Source: Clostridia bacterium
GTDB taxonomy: Bacteria; Bacillota; Clostridia; Christensenellales; CAG-917
Direction of reading: 5' to 3'
NCBI GenBank assembly: GCA_900763875.1
Contig: CAAFLX010000035.1
Span: 14,553-78,552, forward strand
Length of the DNA stretch: 64,000 bases
In this document: positions 9,621 to 18,418 of the stretch, piece after piece
Position numbering within the stretch: position 1 is the stretch's first letter
How the letters are laid out: each line of letters begins with the position of its first letter
Program-made: the position numbers and the translations under genes
Notes under the pieces: model-generated
Databases searched by the model: none
Told to the model about the DNA's origin: nothing
Seen by the model: only the letters and a program-made list of their open reading frames with translations

Positions 9621-10733
9621 ATGGAAAGAACACTGGTTTTCGGCGGGGCGTTCGACCCCGTACACAAAGAGCACGTTGCAATGTGCAAAAGCGCAATGAA
9701 GGAGCTTGGCATATCCAAACTTGTGCTTGTGCCAACCGTCACGCCGCCTCACAAGAGCGCGGGATTTTTGAGTTTTCAAGAGCGTTGCGAGCTTTTGAGG
9801 GTTGCGTTCGAGGGCGTGAATTTTGTTGTCGACGACGTGGAAAACGCGCGCGGCAAGGACAATTACACCGCGCTCACTCTCCCGATTTTGAAAGAAAAAT
9901 ACGGCGATATCGTCTATCTGATAGGTGGCGATAGTCTTGAATATTTCGACACTTGGTATCATCCCGAGCTTATCGTCAAGGTGTGTACTATTGCGGTTTG
10001 CGCAAGGGAAGGATTCGACGATATCTCACAAAAAGCCGATTATCTCAAACAAAAATTCGGCGGCGAGTTTATTCTTTTGGACTACGTTGGCAAGAACGTT
10101 TCTTCCTCGGAAGTCAGAGCAAAATTGCTTATGGGGGACGTTCCCGACGAAATCGATGACAAAGTTTTGAACGCAATAAGACAAAAACGCCTCTTTTGCG
10201 AGTATGAGAACATGGCAAACAAACTTCATTCCTATCAGCCCGACGACCTTTTTGCCCACAGCAAAGCGGTTGTGCTCACGGCTATGCGCCTAAACTCTCG
10301 CCACAATCTCAAACAAGATTTCACCAAGGTATTTCTTGCGTGTTTTTTGCACGACAACGCAAAAAAACGCCCCTCTCTCGACGGCTTAAACGTGCCGATT
10401 GACGCGGTTGGAACGCCTGTTTTACATCAATTCCTGGGTGCAGAGAAAGCTCGGCGCGATTTTGCAATCGAGGACGAGGACGTGCTTGACGCAATCCGCT
10501 ATCACACCACCGCCAAGGCAAATATGACCACGCTCGAAAAGCTCGTTTACACAGCGGACAGTGTGTCTTTTGACCGCTTGTACGACCCGATTCCGCAAAT
10601 TCGCGATATAGCTATGCGCGATTTTGACGAGGGTTTCAAAGCGGTGCTCCGCTACACCTACGACAAAGTGACGGCAAGCGGCAAGCCTATGCACCCGTTG
10701 ACTATGGATGCGGTGAAGTGCTATCTAGGCTGA
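9621..10733 (+). CDS. nadD: Fusion of nicotinate-nucleotide adenylyltransferase NadD with YqeK-type HD phosphohydrolase
   Basis: N-terminus VFGGAFDPVHKEH (nucleotidyltransferase HxGH-type motif) over about 190 aa. C-terminal HD domain (FLHDNAK, IRYHTTA). ORF track start 9606 is GTG; ATG at 9621 chosen. Confidence 0.85.
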   Translation: MERTLVFGGAFDPVHKEHVAMCKSAMKELGISKLVLVPTVTPPHKSAGFLSFQERCELLRVAFEGVNFVVDDVENARGKDNYTALTLPILKEKYGDIVYLIGGDSLEYFDTWYHPELIVKVCTIAVCAREGFDDISQKADYLKQKFGGEFILLDYVGKNVSSSEVRAKLLMGDVPDEIDDKVLNAIRQKRLFCEYENMANKLHSYQPDDLFAHSKAVVLTAMRLNSRHNLKQDFTKVFLACFLHDNAKKRPSLDGLNVPIDAVGTPVLHQFLGAEKARRDFAIEDEDVLDAIRYHTTAKANMTTLEKLVYTADSVSFDRLYDPIPQIRDIAMRDFDEGFKAVLRYTYDKVTASGKPMHPLTMDAVKCYLG

Positions 10734-10780
10734 TTTTTCGCGCAATTGCGGATATTTGCCGCATTGTTCAAAAATCACCG

Positions 10781-10809
10781 TTGAAATATGGCGGATTTTA
10801 TGCTAGAAT
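10781..10809 (+). promoter_or_regulatory. Sigma-A-like promoter upstream of rsfS (TTGAAA-17-TAGAAT)
   Basis: TTGAAA 10781-10786, 17-nt spacer, TAGAAT 10804-10809. Confidence 0.4.
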
Positions 10810-10897
10810 AACATTGTGAAAGACGCAAACAAACACGTTTTTGGCACACTATAAATAAGATACCAATGAACTATCGCTTTTTGCGATCGGAGGATTT

Positions 10898-11245
10898 ATG
10901 GAACCTATTGAAATGAAAGACATCATCTGCGCCGAGCTTGACGAACACAAAGCCGTCGATATCACGATTTTGGACGTTGCTCACCTGACGGTTATGACGG
11001 ATTATTTCGTCATTTGCACGGCAAAAAGCAACAAGCAAGTCAAGGCGCTTGCGGAATTTGTCGAGGAAAAAATGAGCGAGCACGGCATCGAGCCTACGCA
11101 TACCGACGGTATGGTTGACGGCAAATGGGCAGTGCTTGACTACGGCGGAGTAATCGTACACATTTTCAATGACGAAACGAGAATGTTTTACTGCCTTGAA
11201 AAGCTCTGGGCGGACGGCAAAAACGTCACCAAATACAACGCCTGA
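10898..11245 (+). CDS. rsfS: Ribosome silencing factor RsfS (iojap family)
   Basis: 115 aa, RBS GGAGGA. KAVDITILDV...TDYFVICTA...DGKWAVLDYGGVIVHIF is the RsfS signature. nadD-yqeK-rsfS synteny as in Bacillus. Confidence 0.9.
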   Translation: MEPIEMKDIICAELDEHKAVDITILDVAHLTVMTDYFVICTAKSNKQVKALAEFVEEKMSEHGIEPTHTDGMVDGKWAVLDYGGVIVHIFNDETRMFYCLEKLWADGKNVTKYNA

Positions 11246-11265
11246 CAATTTCAAACAATACGATT

Positions 11266-11292
11266 AAAAAAGCCTCAAACGAGGCTTTTTTG
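11266..11292. terminator. Bidirectional rho-independent terminator
   Basis: AAAAAAGCCTC-AAAC-GAGGCTTTTTT; perfect 6-bp GC-rich stem flanked by an A-run and a T-run. Confidence 0.8.
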
Positions 11293-11398
11293 ATATTCTA
11301 ACGGCATTTTCTGTATGTTTCGACTTTTCGATTTTTGCGCATTGCCTCATCGAAGCCAATCGGCAACTTTGAGCAGGGTGCTTGCAAAAAAGTGAAAA

Positions 11399-11737
11399 TC
11401 AAATTCGAGCGACAACTTTTTGATACAGCGATTCTTTTTGCAAAGGAGTCATATCGGGCTTGATTTTTCGATAAATTTCAAGGTCGAGCGTCACCACAAC
11501 GTCGGAGTTTGTTTGATTTGATAGGTCGTGCGCTATCGTTTTTACAAAATTATCTCGTTCGCTTTTTAGGTAGAAAGGCGTGCAAAGCAGGGCAAGCACA
11601 AACTTGTTTTCATACAAAAAGCACCTTGCGCCCACGATATTTTCATTGGCAAGCGCGAGGGCGGCGACGCTCTCGTTTGAAAACGTCAAGTTGCTGTCGT
11701 TTGCCGTTTGATATATTGCGATTTCAACGTTTTGCAT
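11399..11737 (-). CDS. Hypothetical protein (112 aa)
   Basis: ORF only, no family recognised with confidence; ends near the bidirectional terminator. Confidence 0.45.
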   Translation of the reverse strand: MQNVEIAIYQTANDSNLTFSNESVAALALANENIVGARCFLYENKFVLALLCTPFYLKSERDNFVKTIAHDLSNQTNSDVVVTLDLEIYRKIKPDMTPLQKESLYQKVVARI

Positions 11738-11872
11738 ACCGAGATTATGGGTTTTTCGCGCGTTTTTATACTCAAATTCAATCGTTTTTATATGGTTTCT
11801 TCAAAAAATAGCACACAATCCGCAACAGAAAAAATCTCTGTGCGATTTCTTTTGTATATTGTCGTTTAGCCC

Positions 11873-11901
11873 TTGACATTTGATTTTTTTAGGCATATCA
11901 T
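11873..11901 (+). promoter_or_regulatory. Sigma-A-like promoter of the FMN riboswitch leader (TTGACA-17-TATCAT)
   Basis: TTGACA 11873-11878, 17-nt spacer, TATCAT 11896-11901, directly before the riboswitch P1 region. Confidence 0.55.
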
Positions 11902-11902
11902 A

Positions 11903-12068
11903 ATCTTGCTTCAGGGCGAGGTGCAAATCCTCACCGGCGGTATAGTCCGCGAACACGCACAGCGTGCCGACAAGGTGCAATTCCTTGACCGACGGTATAG
12001 TCCGGACGGAAGAAGCGACGTATTTTGCATTTCAACGTACGTTTGCGCCCTTGAAGGCGCATTTTTTT
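11903..12068 (+). promoter_or_regulatory. FMN riboswitch (RFN element) with terminator-type expression platform
   Basis: CTTCAGGGCGAGGTGCAAATCCTCACCGGCGGTATAGTCCGCGA ... AAGGTGCAATTCCTTGACCGACGGTATAGTCCGGACGGAAGAAGCG matches the conserved RFN core. Followed by hairpin TGCGCC-CTTGAA-GGCGCA plus T7 (12044-12068). Confidence 0.85.
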
Positions 12069-12111
12069 ATGCAGTTTGCAAAATCCCAAAAGAGTGCGCC
12101 AAAGGAGAAAA

Positions 12112-13407
12112 ATGGGCAAAAAAGCAAGAAAAACAAGCGTAGCCGGCGCACAAAGCGCAGTGGCAGCCGACAACAACGTTGTTGACGTATTTGAAAATCA
12201 CTCCGACGCGGCATTGCAAGACAATGTTTCAATGGCAAATGCAAATGTCACTATTGATGAAAACAAAATTGAAAACGTCCCGACAAGCCAAGAGTCTGCC
12301 ACGGCGCAAAAAGTCACCAAGGCGGACATAAAACGCACGTTTGAGAGGTTTAGAAGTGCGAAATTTACAACCGCATACATCGCAAAAGTTGCAATGCTGA
12401 CGGCGATTTCGTTTATATTGTACGCATATGCAAAGTTCAATTTGCCATTTATGTTCCCGTCATTTTTGGACATTCAAATCAGTGAGTTGCCCGCACTTTT
12501 GGCAGGTTTTTCAATGGGGCCCATCAGCGCGTGCGTGGTTATCGTTCTCAAAGTCTTGCTGAAATTTGCCGCAGTGCCATCGGTGACGGGCTTTGCAGGC
12601 GAGGCAACCGACATTTTGCTTGGCATATCCTTCGTTTTGCCTGCGTCCTTGATTTATTATTTTCACAAGGACAAAAAGCACGCAATCATCGGGTTGCTGG
12701 TCGGAAGCACGCTTTTGACGGCAATGGCAATGGTTGTCAACAGATTTATCTCGATTCCGCTATACTCGAAGTTGTTCGGATTCGAGGGTATTGTCGAAAT
12801 GGTGGCGAAACTTTACAAAAACGTCACGGTAGACAATTTTTACACCTATTATTTGTTGCTTGGAGTGTTGCCTTTTAACGTGCTTAGATGTACAATAGTG
12901 AGTGTTTTGACGTTCTTGTTGTACAAACGTCTGAGCAAAATATTGCACTGGGACGGCACGAGTATGCGCAAATCCAAAAGCATTTTCGGCAAGCACACCG
13001 TCAAAAGCGTTGACGAAACCTATGCGCTTGCAAAGAAAATTGCAAACACTCTGCAAGGCGGCGAAGTGATATTGCTCGGCGGCGATTTGGGCGCAGGCAA
13101 AACCACTTTCACCAAAGGACTTGCCAAAGCGTTGGACATCAAAGACGAGGTGACAAGCCCGACTTTCACCATACTAAACGTCTATGAGGACGGCAGGCTC
13201 AAACTCAATCACCTCGATATGTACCGTGTCGAGAGCGCCGACGAGCTTGCGGAGCTTGGCATCGAGGACTGTTTTGATGATGAAAGCGTCACGGTCATCG
13301 AGTGGAACAAGTTTGAGCATTTCGACGGTGAAGTCATCGAGATAAACATCACTCCGACGGGTGAAAACGAGCGAGTTTTCGACGTCGAGAAAAAGGAAAA
13401 TAAATGA
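12112..13407 (+). CDS. In-frame fusion: riboflavin ECF-transporter S component (RibU-like) + tRNA t6A protein TsaE
   Basis: ATG 12112 with RBS AAAGGAGAAAA; the ORF track TTG at 12076 lies inside the terminator tail. About 80-aa low-complexity N-terminus. About 190-aa polytopic RibU-like domain ([24 protein letters not shown]...VLPFNVLRC). C-terminal TsaE domain of about 145 aa ([30 protein letters not shown]). Confidence 0.8.
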   Translation: MGKKARKTSVAGAQSAVAADNNVVDVFENHSDAALQDNVSMANANVTIDENKIENVPTSQESATAQKVTKADIKRTFERFRSAKFTTAYIAKVAMLTAISFILYAYAKFNLPFMFPSFLDIQISELPALLAGFSMGPISACVVIVLKVLLKFAAVPSVTGFAGEATDILLGISFVLPASLIYYFHKDKKHAIIGLLVGSTLLTAMAMVVNRFISIPLYSKLFGFEGIVEMVAKLYKNVTVDNFYTYYLLLGVLPFNVLRCTIVSVLTFLLYKRLSKILHWDGTSMRKSKSIFGKHTVKSVDETYALAKKIANTLQGGEVILLGGDLGAGKTTFTKGLAKALDIKDEVTSPTFTILNVYEDGRLKLNHLDMYRVESADELAELGIEDCFDDESVTVIEWNKFEHFDGEVIEINITPTGENERVFDVEKKENK

Positions 13408-13976
13408 ATCTTCTTGCAATCGATACAACGTCGAGCGGACTTTCAATCGCGCTCGCAAAGGGTGAGGAAAGCTATTCTTTCACCAAAGAAATCGGCAAAA
13501 GCGGACACAGCGCAACGCTTATGCCCGAAATTGACAATATGCTCAAATCGCATGGTTTGACGGCAAGCGATCTTGACGTTGTTGCCGTCAATGTCGGCCC
13601 CGGGTCTTTTACGGGCATACGAATCGGCGTATCGGCAATGACGGCGATTGCGTTTGCGACGGGTGCAAAGCGCGTTGCGGTGACGAGTTTTGAGCTTATC
13701 GCTCACCAAAGGGGCGAAATTCTTGCGGCAGTCGAGGCAGGACACGGCAATTTGTATCTTGCAAAATGTCTAGGCGGCAAGGTTTTAAGCACTGCTTTTC
13801 ACGAGGCAAGCGACTTGACGGACGTATCGAATGCTATATTCAAACCGCTCAAAAGCGTTGACGTTGCTCTTTTGGAGGTTGCAAAATCCAAGGCTGAAAA
13901 CGGCGAATTTACCGCTGTTTTCGAGCCGTTTTATATGAGAAAATCGCAGGCGGAGAGGGAAAAAGATGAAGTTTGA
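13404..13976 (+). CDS. tsaB: tRNA t6A biosynthesis protein TsaB
   Basis: 190 aa. [10 protein letters not shown] start, GPGSFTGIRIGV motif. ATGA overlap with the upstream gene. Confidence 0.9.
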   Translation: MNLLAIDTTSSGLSIALAKGEESYSFTKEIGKSGHSATLMPEIDNMLKSHGLTASDLDVVAVNVGPGSFTGIRIGVSAMTAIAFATGAKRVAVTSFELIAHQRGEILAAVEAGHGNLYLAKCLGGKVLSTAFHEASDLTDVSNAIFKPLKSVDVALLEVAKSKAENGEFTAVFEPFYMRKSQAEREKDEV

Positions 13977-14397
13977 ATCCCTCAAATACGAGCATCTGCG
14001 CCAAATGGCGGAGATTGAGCGCGAGGCTTTCGATCAGCCGTGGAACGAGAGGATGTTCATTCCCGAAGTCGAAGATCCTGCCGCATTTTATCTTGTGGGC
14101 GTTCGCGGCGAGGAAGTGATTTGCTACGGCGGTTTTCACAAAGTGCTGGACGAGGCGCATATAACTAATATTGCCGTCAAGGCGAGCGAGCGCGGCAAAG
14201 GCATAGGCAAACTGCTTGTAAGCGAGCTTATTTCAAGGGCAAAATTGCTTGGAATCCGCTATATGACGCTTGAAGTGCGCGACAACAACGAGGCGGCAAT
14301 ACGCCTCTATCAGAGTTTCGGATTCAAAGTTGAAGGAGTCAGAAAAAAGTATTACAACAACGTTCACGACGCACTGATTATGTGGCTGTCGATTTAG
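13966..14397 (+). CDS. rimI: Ribosomal-protein-alanine N-acetyltransferase (GNAT)
   Basis: 143 aa. GNAT acetyl-CoA motif RGKGIGKLLV. Canonical position after tsaB, 11-nt overlap. Confidence 0.85.
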   Translation: MKFESLKYEHLRQMAEIEREAFDQPWNERMFIPEVEDPAAFYLVGVRGEEVICYGGFHKVLDEAHITNIAVKASERGKGIGKLLVSELISRAKLLGIRYMTLEVRDNNEAAIRLYQSFGFKVEGVRKKYYNNVHDALIMWLSI

Positions 14398-15206
14398 GAG
14401 AGGACACGGAAAACAGCAAAATTTCCACCAAAGACGATAAAAATAACTTGGCAAGTCAATGGGGATTCGAGCGTAAATTTGCGACGATAAACGGTCGCAA
14501 AACGTCATATTTTTTGCTTGGTACAGGCGAAAATACCATAGTTTTTTTACACGGGTGGGGCTCTAGTGCTTCCGCCTTTTTCTTTGCAATGAAACAACTA
14601 TGCGCAAAATACAGAGTCCTTGCCCTCGATTTTTTAGGCTTTGGAGAGAGCGATTATCCGCCCGAAAACTATTGCGTAAAGGACTATGCAAACGACGTTG
14701 TCGCGCTAACAAAATTTCTTGGAATTGACAGTGTTACGCTTGTCGGTCACTCTTTTGGCGGTCGTGTTGCAATCGAGCTTGCCGCAAATTGCCCAGGTAT
14801 CGTCAAAAGAATCGTGCTTATCGACAGCGCAGGGCTAAAACCGAGAAGAAAACCCGATTATTATCTCAAAGTTTTTGCGCACAAAATTCTCAAACGCTTG
14901 GGCAAAAGCGGACTTAAAGGCTCAAAAGATTACAGAGCATTGCCAAATTGTATGAAAAAGGTGTTTGTCAACGTTGTAAATTATGACCAAACCGACCGAC
15001 TTTGCAAGATAAAACAGCCGTGCGCCGTGTTTTGGGGAGAAAAGGATGAAGAAACGCCGCTTTATATGTACAAAAAGTTTTTGCGCGGCATAAAAGGAGC
15101 GCAGGGGTTTTTGCTCGACGGCGGACATTTTGCATTTGTCACGGATAGAGCGAAGTTCATGTTGATCCTTGCCGCGTACCTAGACGAAACGGACAAAGTT
15201 TGCTGA
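14382..15206 (+). CDS. Alpha/beta hydrolase fold protein
   Basis: 274 aa. HGWGSS oxyanion region and GHSFGG nucleophile elbow. Start uncertain; overlaps the rimI end. Confidence 0.75.
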   Translation: MAVDLGEDTENSKISTKDDKNNLASQWGFERKFATINGRKTSYFLLGTGENTIVFLHGWGSSASAFFFAMKQLCAKYRVLALDFLGFGESDYPPENYCVKDYANDVVALTKFLGIDSVTLVGHSFGGRVAIELAANCPGIVKRIVLIDSAGLKPRRKPDYYLKVFAHKILKRLGKSGLKGSKDYRALPNCMKKVFVNVVNYDQTDRLCKIKQPCAVFWGEKDEETPLYMYKKFLRGIKGAQGFLLDGGHFAFVTDRAKFMLILAAYLDETDKVC

Positions 15207-15257
15207 AAATCCTTTGTCCTGAATTTTTTCGATGTTTCATGAAACATTTTTCAAGCT

Positions 15258-15285
15258 AAAAACCGCCCAAACAGCGGCTTTTTTG
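15258..15285 (+). terminator. Weak rho-independent terminator
   Basis: AAAAACCGC-CCAAACA-GCGGCTTTTTT; short stem with one mismatch and a T-run. Confidence 0.45.
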
Positions 15286-15343
15286 ATTTCATACACCAAA
15301 AATGCGCCAAAGTCATACCTTGATATGAAAAAGGCAGGTGTGT

Positions 15344-16942
15344 ATGAGGCTTGTAAGAGGCGATTGGTTTTATATCCTTTTGGTGCTTATAGACGGTTTT
15401 TTTATGACAAGACCGTATCTTTACGCCATTCAAAACGACAACTACCGCGTGAGCGAGATCTTCAAAAACAAAAGATTGCGTTTTACCTATCTTATCGACC
15501 TAATCACGGTTGTGATTTTTTGCGGAATTTGGCTGACGTTTTGGTTTTTGAACGCAAAAGCGTTTTGGGGATTTCTGATTGCGTTGTTCTTCTTCATTGC
15601 CGAGTTTGCAATGTACTTTATGGAAGATTTGCCCGATCGCAAAAAACCGCTCAAATACACAAGGCGCGCGGTTAGATGTCTTGTACTCAACTCGCTTTTT
15701 TCGTCGGCAGTCGTGACGGTTGCCCTTGCCGTAGGCACGGCGCAACTAAGCGATATATATTTGCGCTATCTTATCTTCTTTGCGTTTCCGCTCGTTTATC
15801 CGCTTTTATTTATCGTTGCAACGAGCCTAATCAACGTTTTCGAGCGGCTGAACAACGCAAGATACGAAAAACGCACTCAAAAGCGGCTCGATCGTCCCGA
15901 GTTAATCAAAATCGCAATCACGGGCAGCTATGGCAAAACGTCCGTAAAAAACTTTTTGGCGGCGATATTGTCGCAAAAATACAACGTTTTGGCAACGCCC
16001 GAAAGTTACAACACGCCCATGGGCATTGCAAAAACCGTAAACGCGCTTGACGATACGCACGAGGTTTTCATTGCCGAATTTGGCGCAAGAAGGGTGGGTG
16101 ACGTCAAAAAACTTATGAAAATCGTAAATCCGCAATACACGATTTTGACGGGAATCAACGACCAGCATCTTCAAACCTTCAAAACGCAAGAGAATATCAC
16201 TCGTGAAAAATGCCGCATTCTCGACGTTGAAGATGGGGTGTGCGTGATAAATGCCGAGCTTAAAAACGTCACCGAAAGCGTGTTGCTAAAAAAGCAAATT
16301 ATCCCCGAAACCATATATGCAGGCTTGGACGAGAGCGCGGATATTTATGCCAAAAATTTGTCGGTGAGCAGCAAAGGAAGCGAATTTGACGTTGTGATCG
16401 GAGATGATTGTTATAGGGTGAGCACCAAAATTCTTGGCGTTCACAACGTGCAAAATATTATGCTTGCGCTTGCGATGGCTGTCAAACTCAAAGTTGAAAT
16501 GCCGTATATTTTGAGCGCAATCGAGCATCTCGAACCCGTTGCGCACCGTCAACAACTCATAGAGGGGAACGGCGTGAGTGTGATTGACGACAGTTTCAAT
16601 TCAAATCCCGACGGCGCAAAATTTGCGTTGATGACGCTTGCAATGTTTTCAACGCGCAAGGTTGTCATGACGCCGGGGCTTGTCGAACTCGGCAGTAGGG
16701 AGGCTGAGGAAAATCGAATTTTGGGCAAGCGTATCGCTGATGTTGCCGACGTCGTTTTGCTCATAGGTGGCGAGAGGGTAGAGCCGATTTTACGCGCGCT
16801 GAAAGAGTGTGAATTTGGCGGCGAAATCAAGAGATATGCTTCGCTTGAATCTTGCGAAAAAGATTTTGTCAACACCCTAAAACTTGGCGATACGCTGCTC
16901 ATTCTCAACGACTTGCCCGATATTTACGATGACCTGAAATAG
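15344..16942 (+). CDS. murF: MurF-type UDP-MurNAc-tripeptide--D-Ala-D-Ala ligase with polytopic N-terminal membrane domain
   Basis: About 530 aa. Residues 1 to about 185 form 5-6 hydrophobic helices. Then Mur ligase P-loop ITGSYGKTSVKN and MurF-type DDSFNSNPDGA motif. Adjacent to ddl. ATG 15344 chosen over GTG 15338. Confidence 0.8.
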   Translation: MRLVRGDWFYILLVLIDGFFMTRPYLYAIQNDNYRVSEIFKNKRLRFTYLIDLITVVIFCGIWLTFWFLNAKAFWGFLIALFFFIAEFAMYFMEDLPDRKKPLKYTRRAVRCLVLNSLFSSAVVTVALAVGTAQLSDIYLRYLIFFAFPLVYPLLFIVATSLINVFERLNNARYEKRTQKRLDRPELIKIAITGSYGKTSVKNFLAAILSQKYNVLATPESYNTPMGIAKTVNALDDTHEVFIAEFGARRVGDVKKLMKIVNPQYTILTGINDQHLQTFKTQENITREKCRILDVEDGVCVINAELKNVTESVLLKKQIIPETIYAGLDESADIYAKNLSVSSKGSEFDVVIGDDCYRVSTKILGVHNVQNIMLALAMAVKLKVEMPYILSAIEHLEPVAHRQQLIEGNGVSVIDDSFNSNPDGAKFALMTLAMFSTRKVVMTPGLVELGSREAEENRILGKRIADVADVVLLIGGERVEPILRALKECEFGGEIKRYASLESCEKDFVNTLKLGDTLLILNDLPDIYDDLK

Positions 16943-17184
16943 TGCGATTTTTGTCGAAAGTATTATGAAAAACTGCGTATCTTGTAATAAATTATTCTAA
17001 AAATGTCGAAAAATGAGAATAGTTTTATAATATAACATACAAAATGAATGATAACAGACAAAGGTTTGTTTGCCGTAAAAAATACGGTTTCGACGGTTTT
17101 TGAAAAAGTTAAAGCACAAAAAATCATATCGACTCATACAATGAAACGACAAATTTTTGTCGCAAATAGAGGGAGGATTCGAGT

Positions 17185-18321
17185 GTGAAAAAGAAGGTCG
17201 CAATCGTGTTTGGTGGCAGGTCGCTTGAAAGGGATATATCGATTATCACCGCAATGCAAACGCTCAAAAACATTGACAAATCAAAGTTTGAGGTCGAATG
17301 CGTTTATTCATTCGAGGGCGATTTTTACATTGACAAATTGGATTCTATTAAACGCTTTGCACCCTTCAATCCGCTCGACCACAAAAAAGCGTTTTTGCTA
17401 AAAGGTGAGTTTTTCGTTTTGCGAAAAGGCAAGCTCCACCGCTATTTCAAACCCGACGTTGCGTTGCTTTGCTGTCACGGCGGCGAGGGTGAAAACGGAA
17501 TTTTGCAAGCAATGTTTGAGTTTAACGGCGTTGCCTACACGTCGTGCGATACGCTCACGTCTGCGTGTATGATGGACAAAGCCGTTGCAAAGAAGTTGTT
17601 TGAGGGGTTGCTTTTGAACGTGTTGCCATACGAGGTGGTTTCCGCAAACGAATTTGCGCTTGATGCGGACAAGACGATTGCGCGGCTTGAACAAATGCTT
17701 GCATATCCCTTGATTGTCAAGCCTGCGTCGCAGGGGAGTAGCATTGGCATTGAGGTTGCAAAGTGCGCCGACGAGCTGCGGTTTGCGCTGCAAGTTGCGT
17801 CGAAATTCGACGATAAAATCGTTGTTGAGCACAAACTTGACGATTTTGTCGAGGTCAACTGCGCCGCATACGCAAAAGGCACTCAAATCGTGCTTTCGCA
17901 AACGGAAACACCGTGTTCTTTTGGTGATTTTCTCACGTTTGCGGACAAGTATTCGGGCGGCAAAATGAGCGCGTGCGAGCATATTATCCCTGCAAATATC
18001 GGCTCGCTCGAACTTATCGTCAAGGCAAACACCAAGCGTTTGTACGAGGAACTGGGGCTTTTCGGCGTTGTCAGGGTGGACTATTTGGTGGACGTTGAGC
18101 GGGGCAAAGTGTACGTCAACGAGGTCAACACAATCCCCGGTTCGCTTGCGTTTTATCTTTTTAAGGGCGTCGGAATAAGTTTTGAAGACCTCACGACCGA
18201 CCTTATAGACGAGGCGATTGAAAGGAAAGCGGCAAAGAAAATCCCGTATGCTTTCAAGTCGGACGTTTTGAGCAACTTTATCGGCGGCTCGAAAATGAGC
18301 AAAGTTGACAAAACTCGTTGA
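17185..18321 (+). CDS. ddl: D-alanine--D-alanine ligase
   Basis: 378 aa, GTG start 8 nt after GGGAGG. KVAIVFGGRSLERDIS N-terminus and ATP-grasp C-terminus (YVNEVNTIPGS). Confidence 0.9.
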   Translation: MKKKVAIVFGGRSLERDISIITAMQTLKNIDKSKFEVECVYSFEGDFYIDKLDSIKRFAPFNPLDHKKAFLLKGEFFVLRKGKLHRYFKPDVALLCCHGGEGENGILQAMFEFNGVAYTSCDTLTSACMMDKAVAKKLFEGLLLNVLPYEVVSANEFALDADKTIARLEQMLAYPLIVKPASQGSSIGIEVAKCADELRFALQVASKFDDKIVVEHKLDDFVEVNCAAYAKGTQIVLSQTETPCSFGDFLTFADKYSGGKMSACEHIIPANIGSLELIVKANTKRLYEELGLFGVVRVDYLVDVERGKVYVNEVNTIPGSLAFYLFKGVGISFEDLTTDLIDEAIERKAAKKIPYAFKSDVLSNFIGGSKMSKVDKTR

Positions 18322-18353
18322 GGACAATATCAAATTTGATTAATTAGAACATT

Positions 18354-18380
18354 AAAAAAGCACCTCTTTGGTGCTTTTTG
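18354..18380. terminator. Bidirectional rho-independent terminator
   Basis: AAAAAAGCACC-TCTTT-GGTGCTTTTTG between convergent ddl and the minus-strand membrane protein gene. Confidence 0.8.
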
Positions 18381-18418
18381 AGTTTATGCAACTTGAGTTG
18401 CCTTGTTTTGCGAATTGC

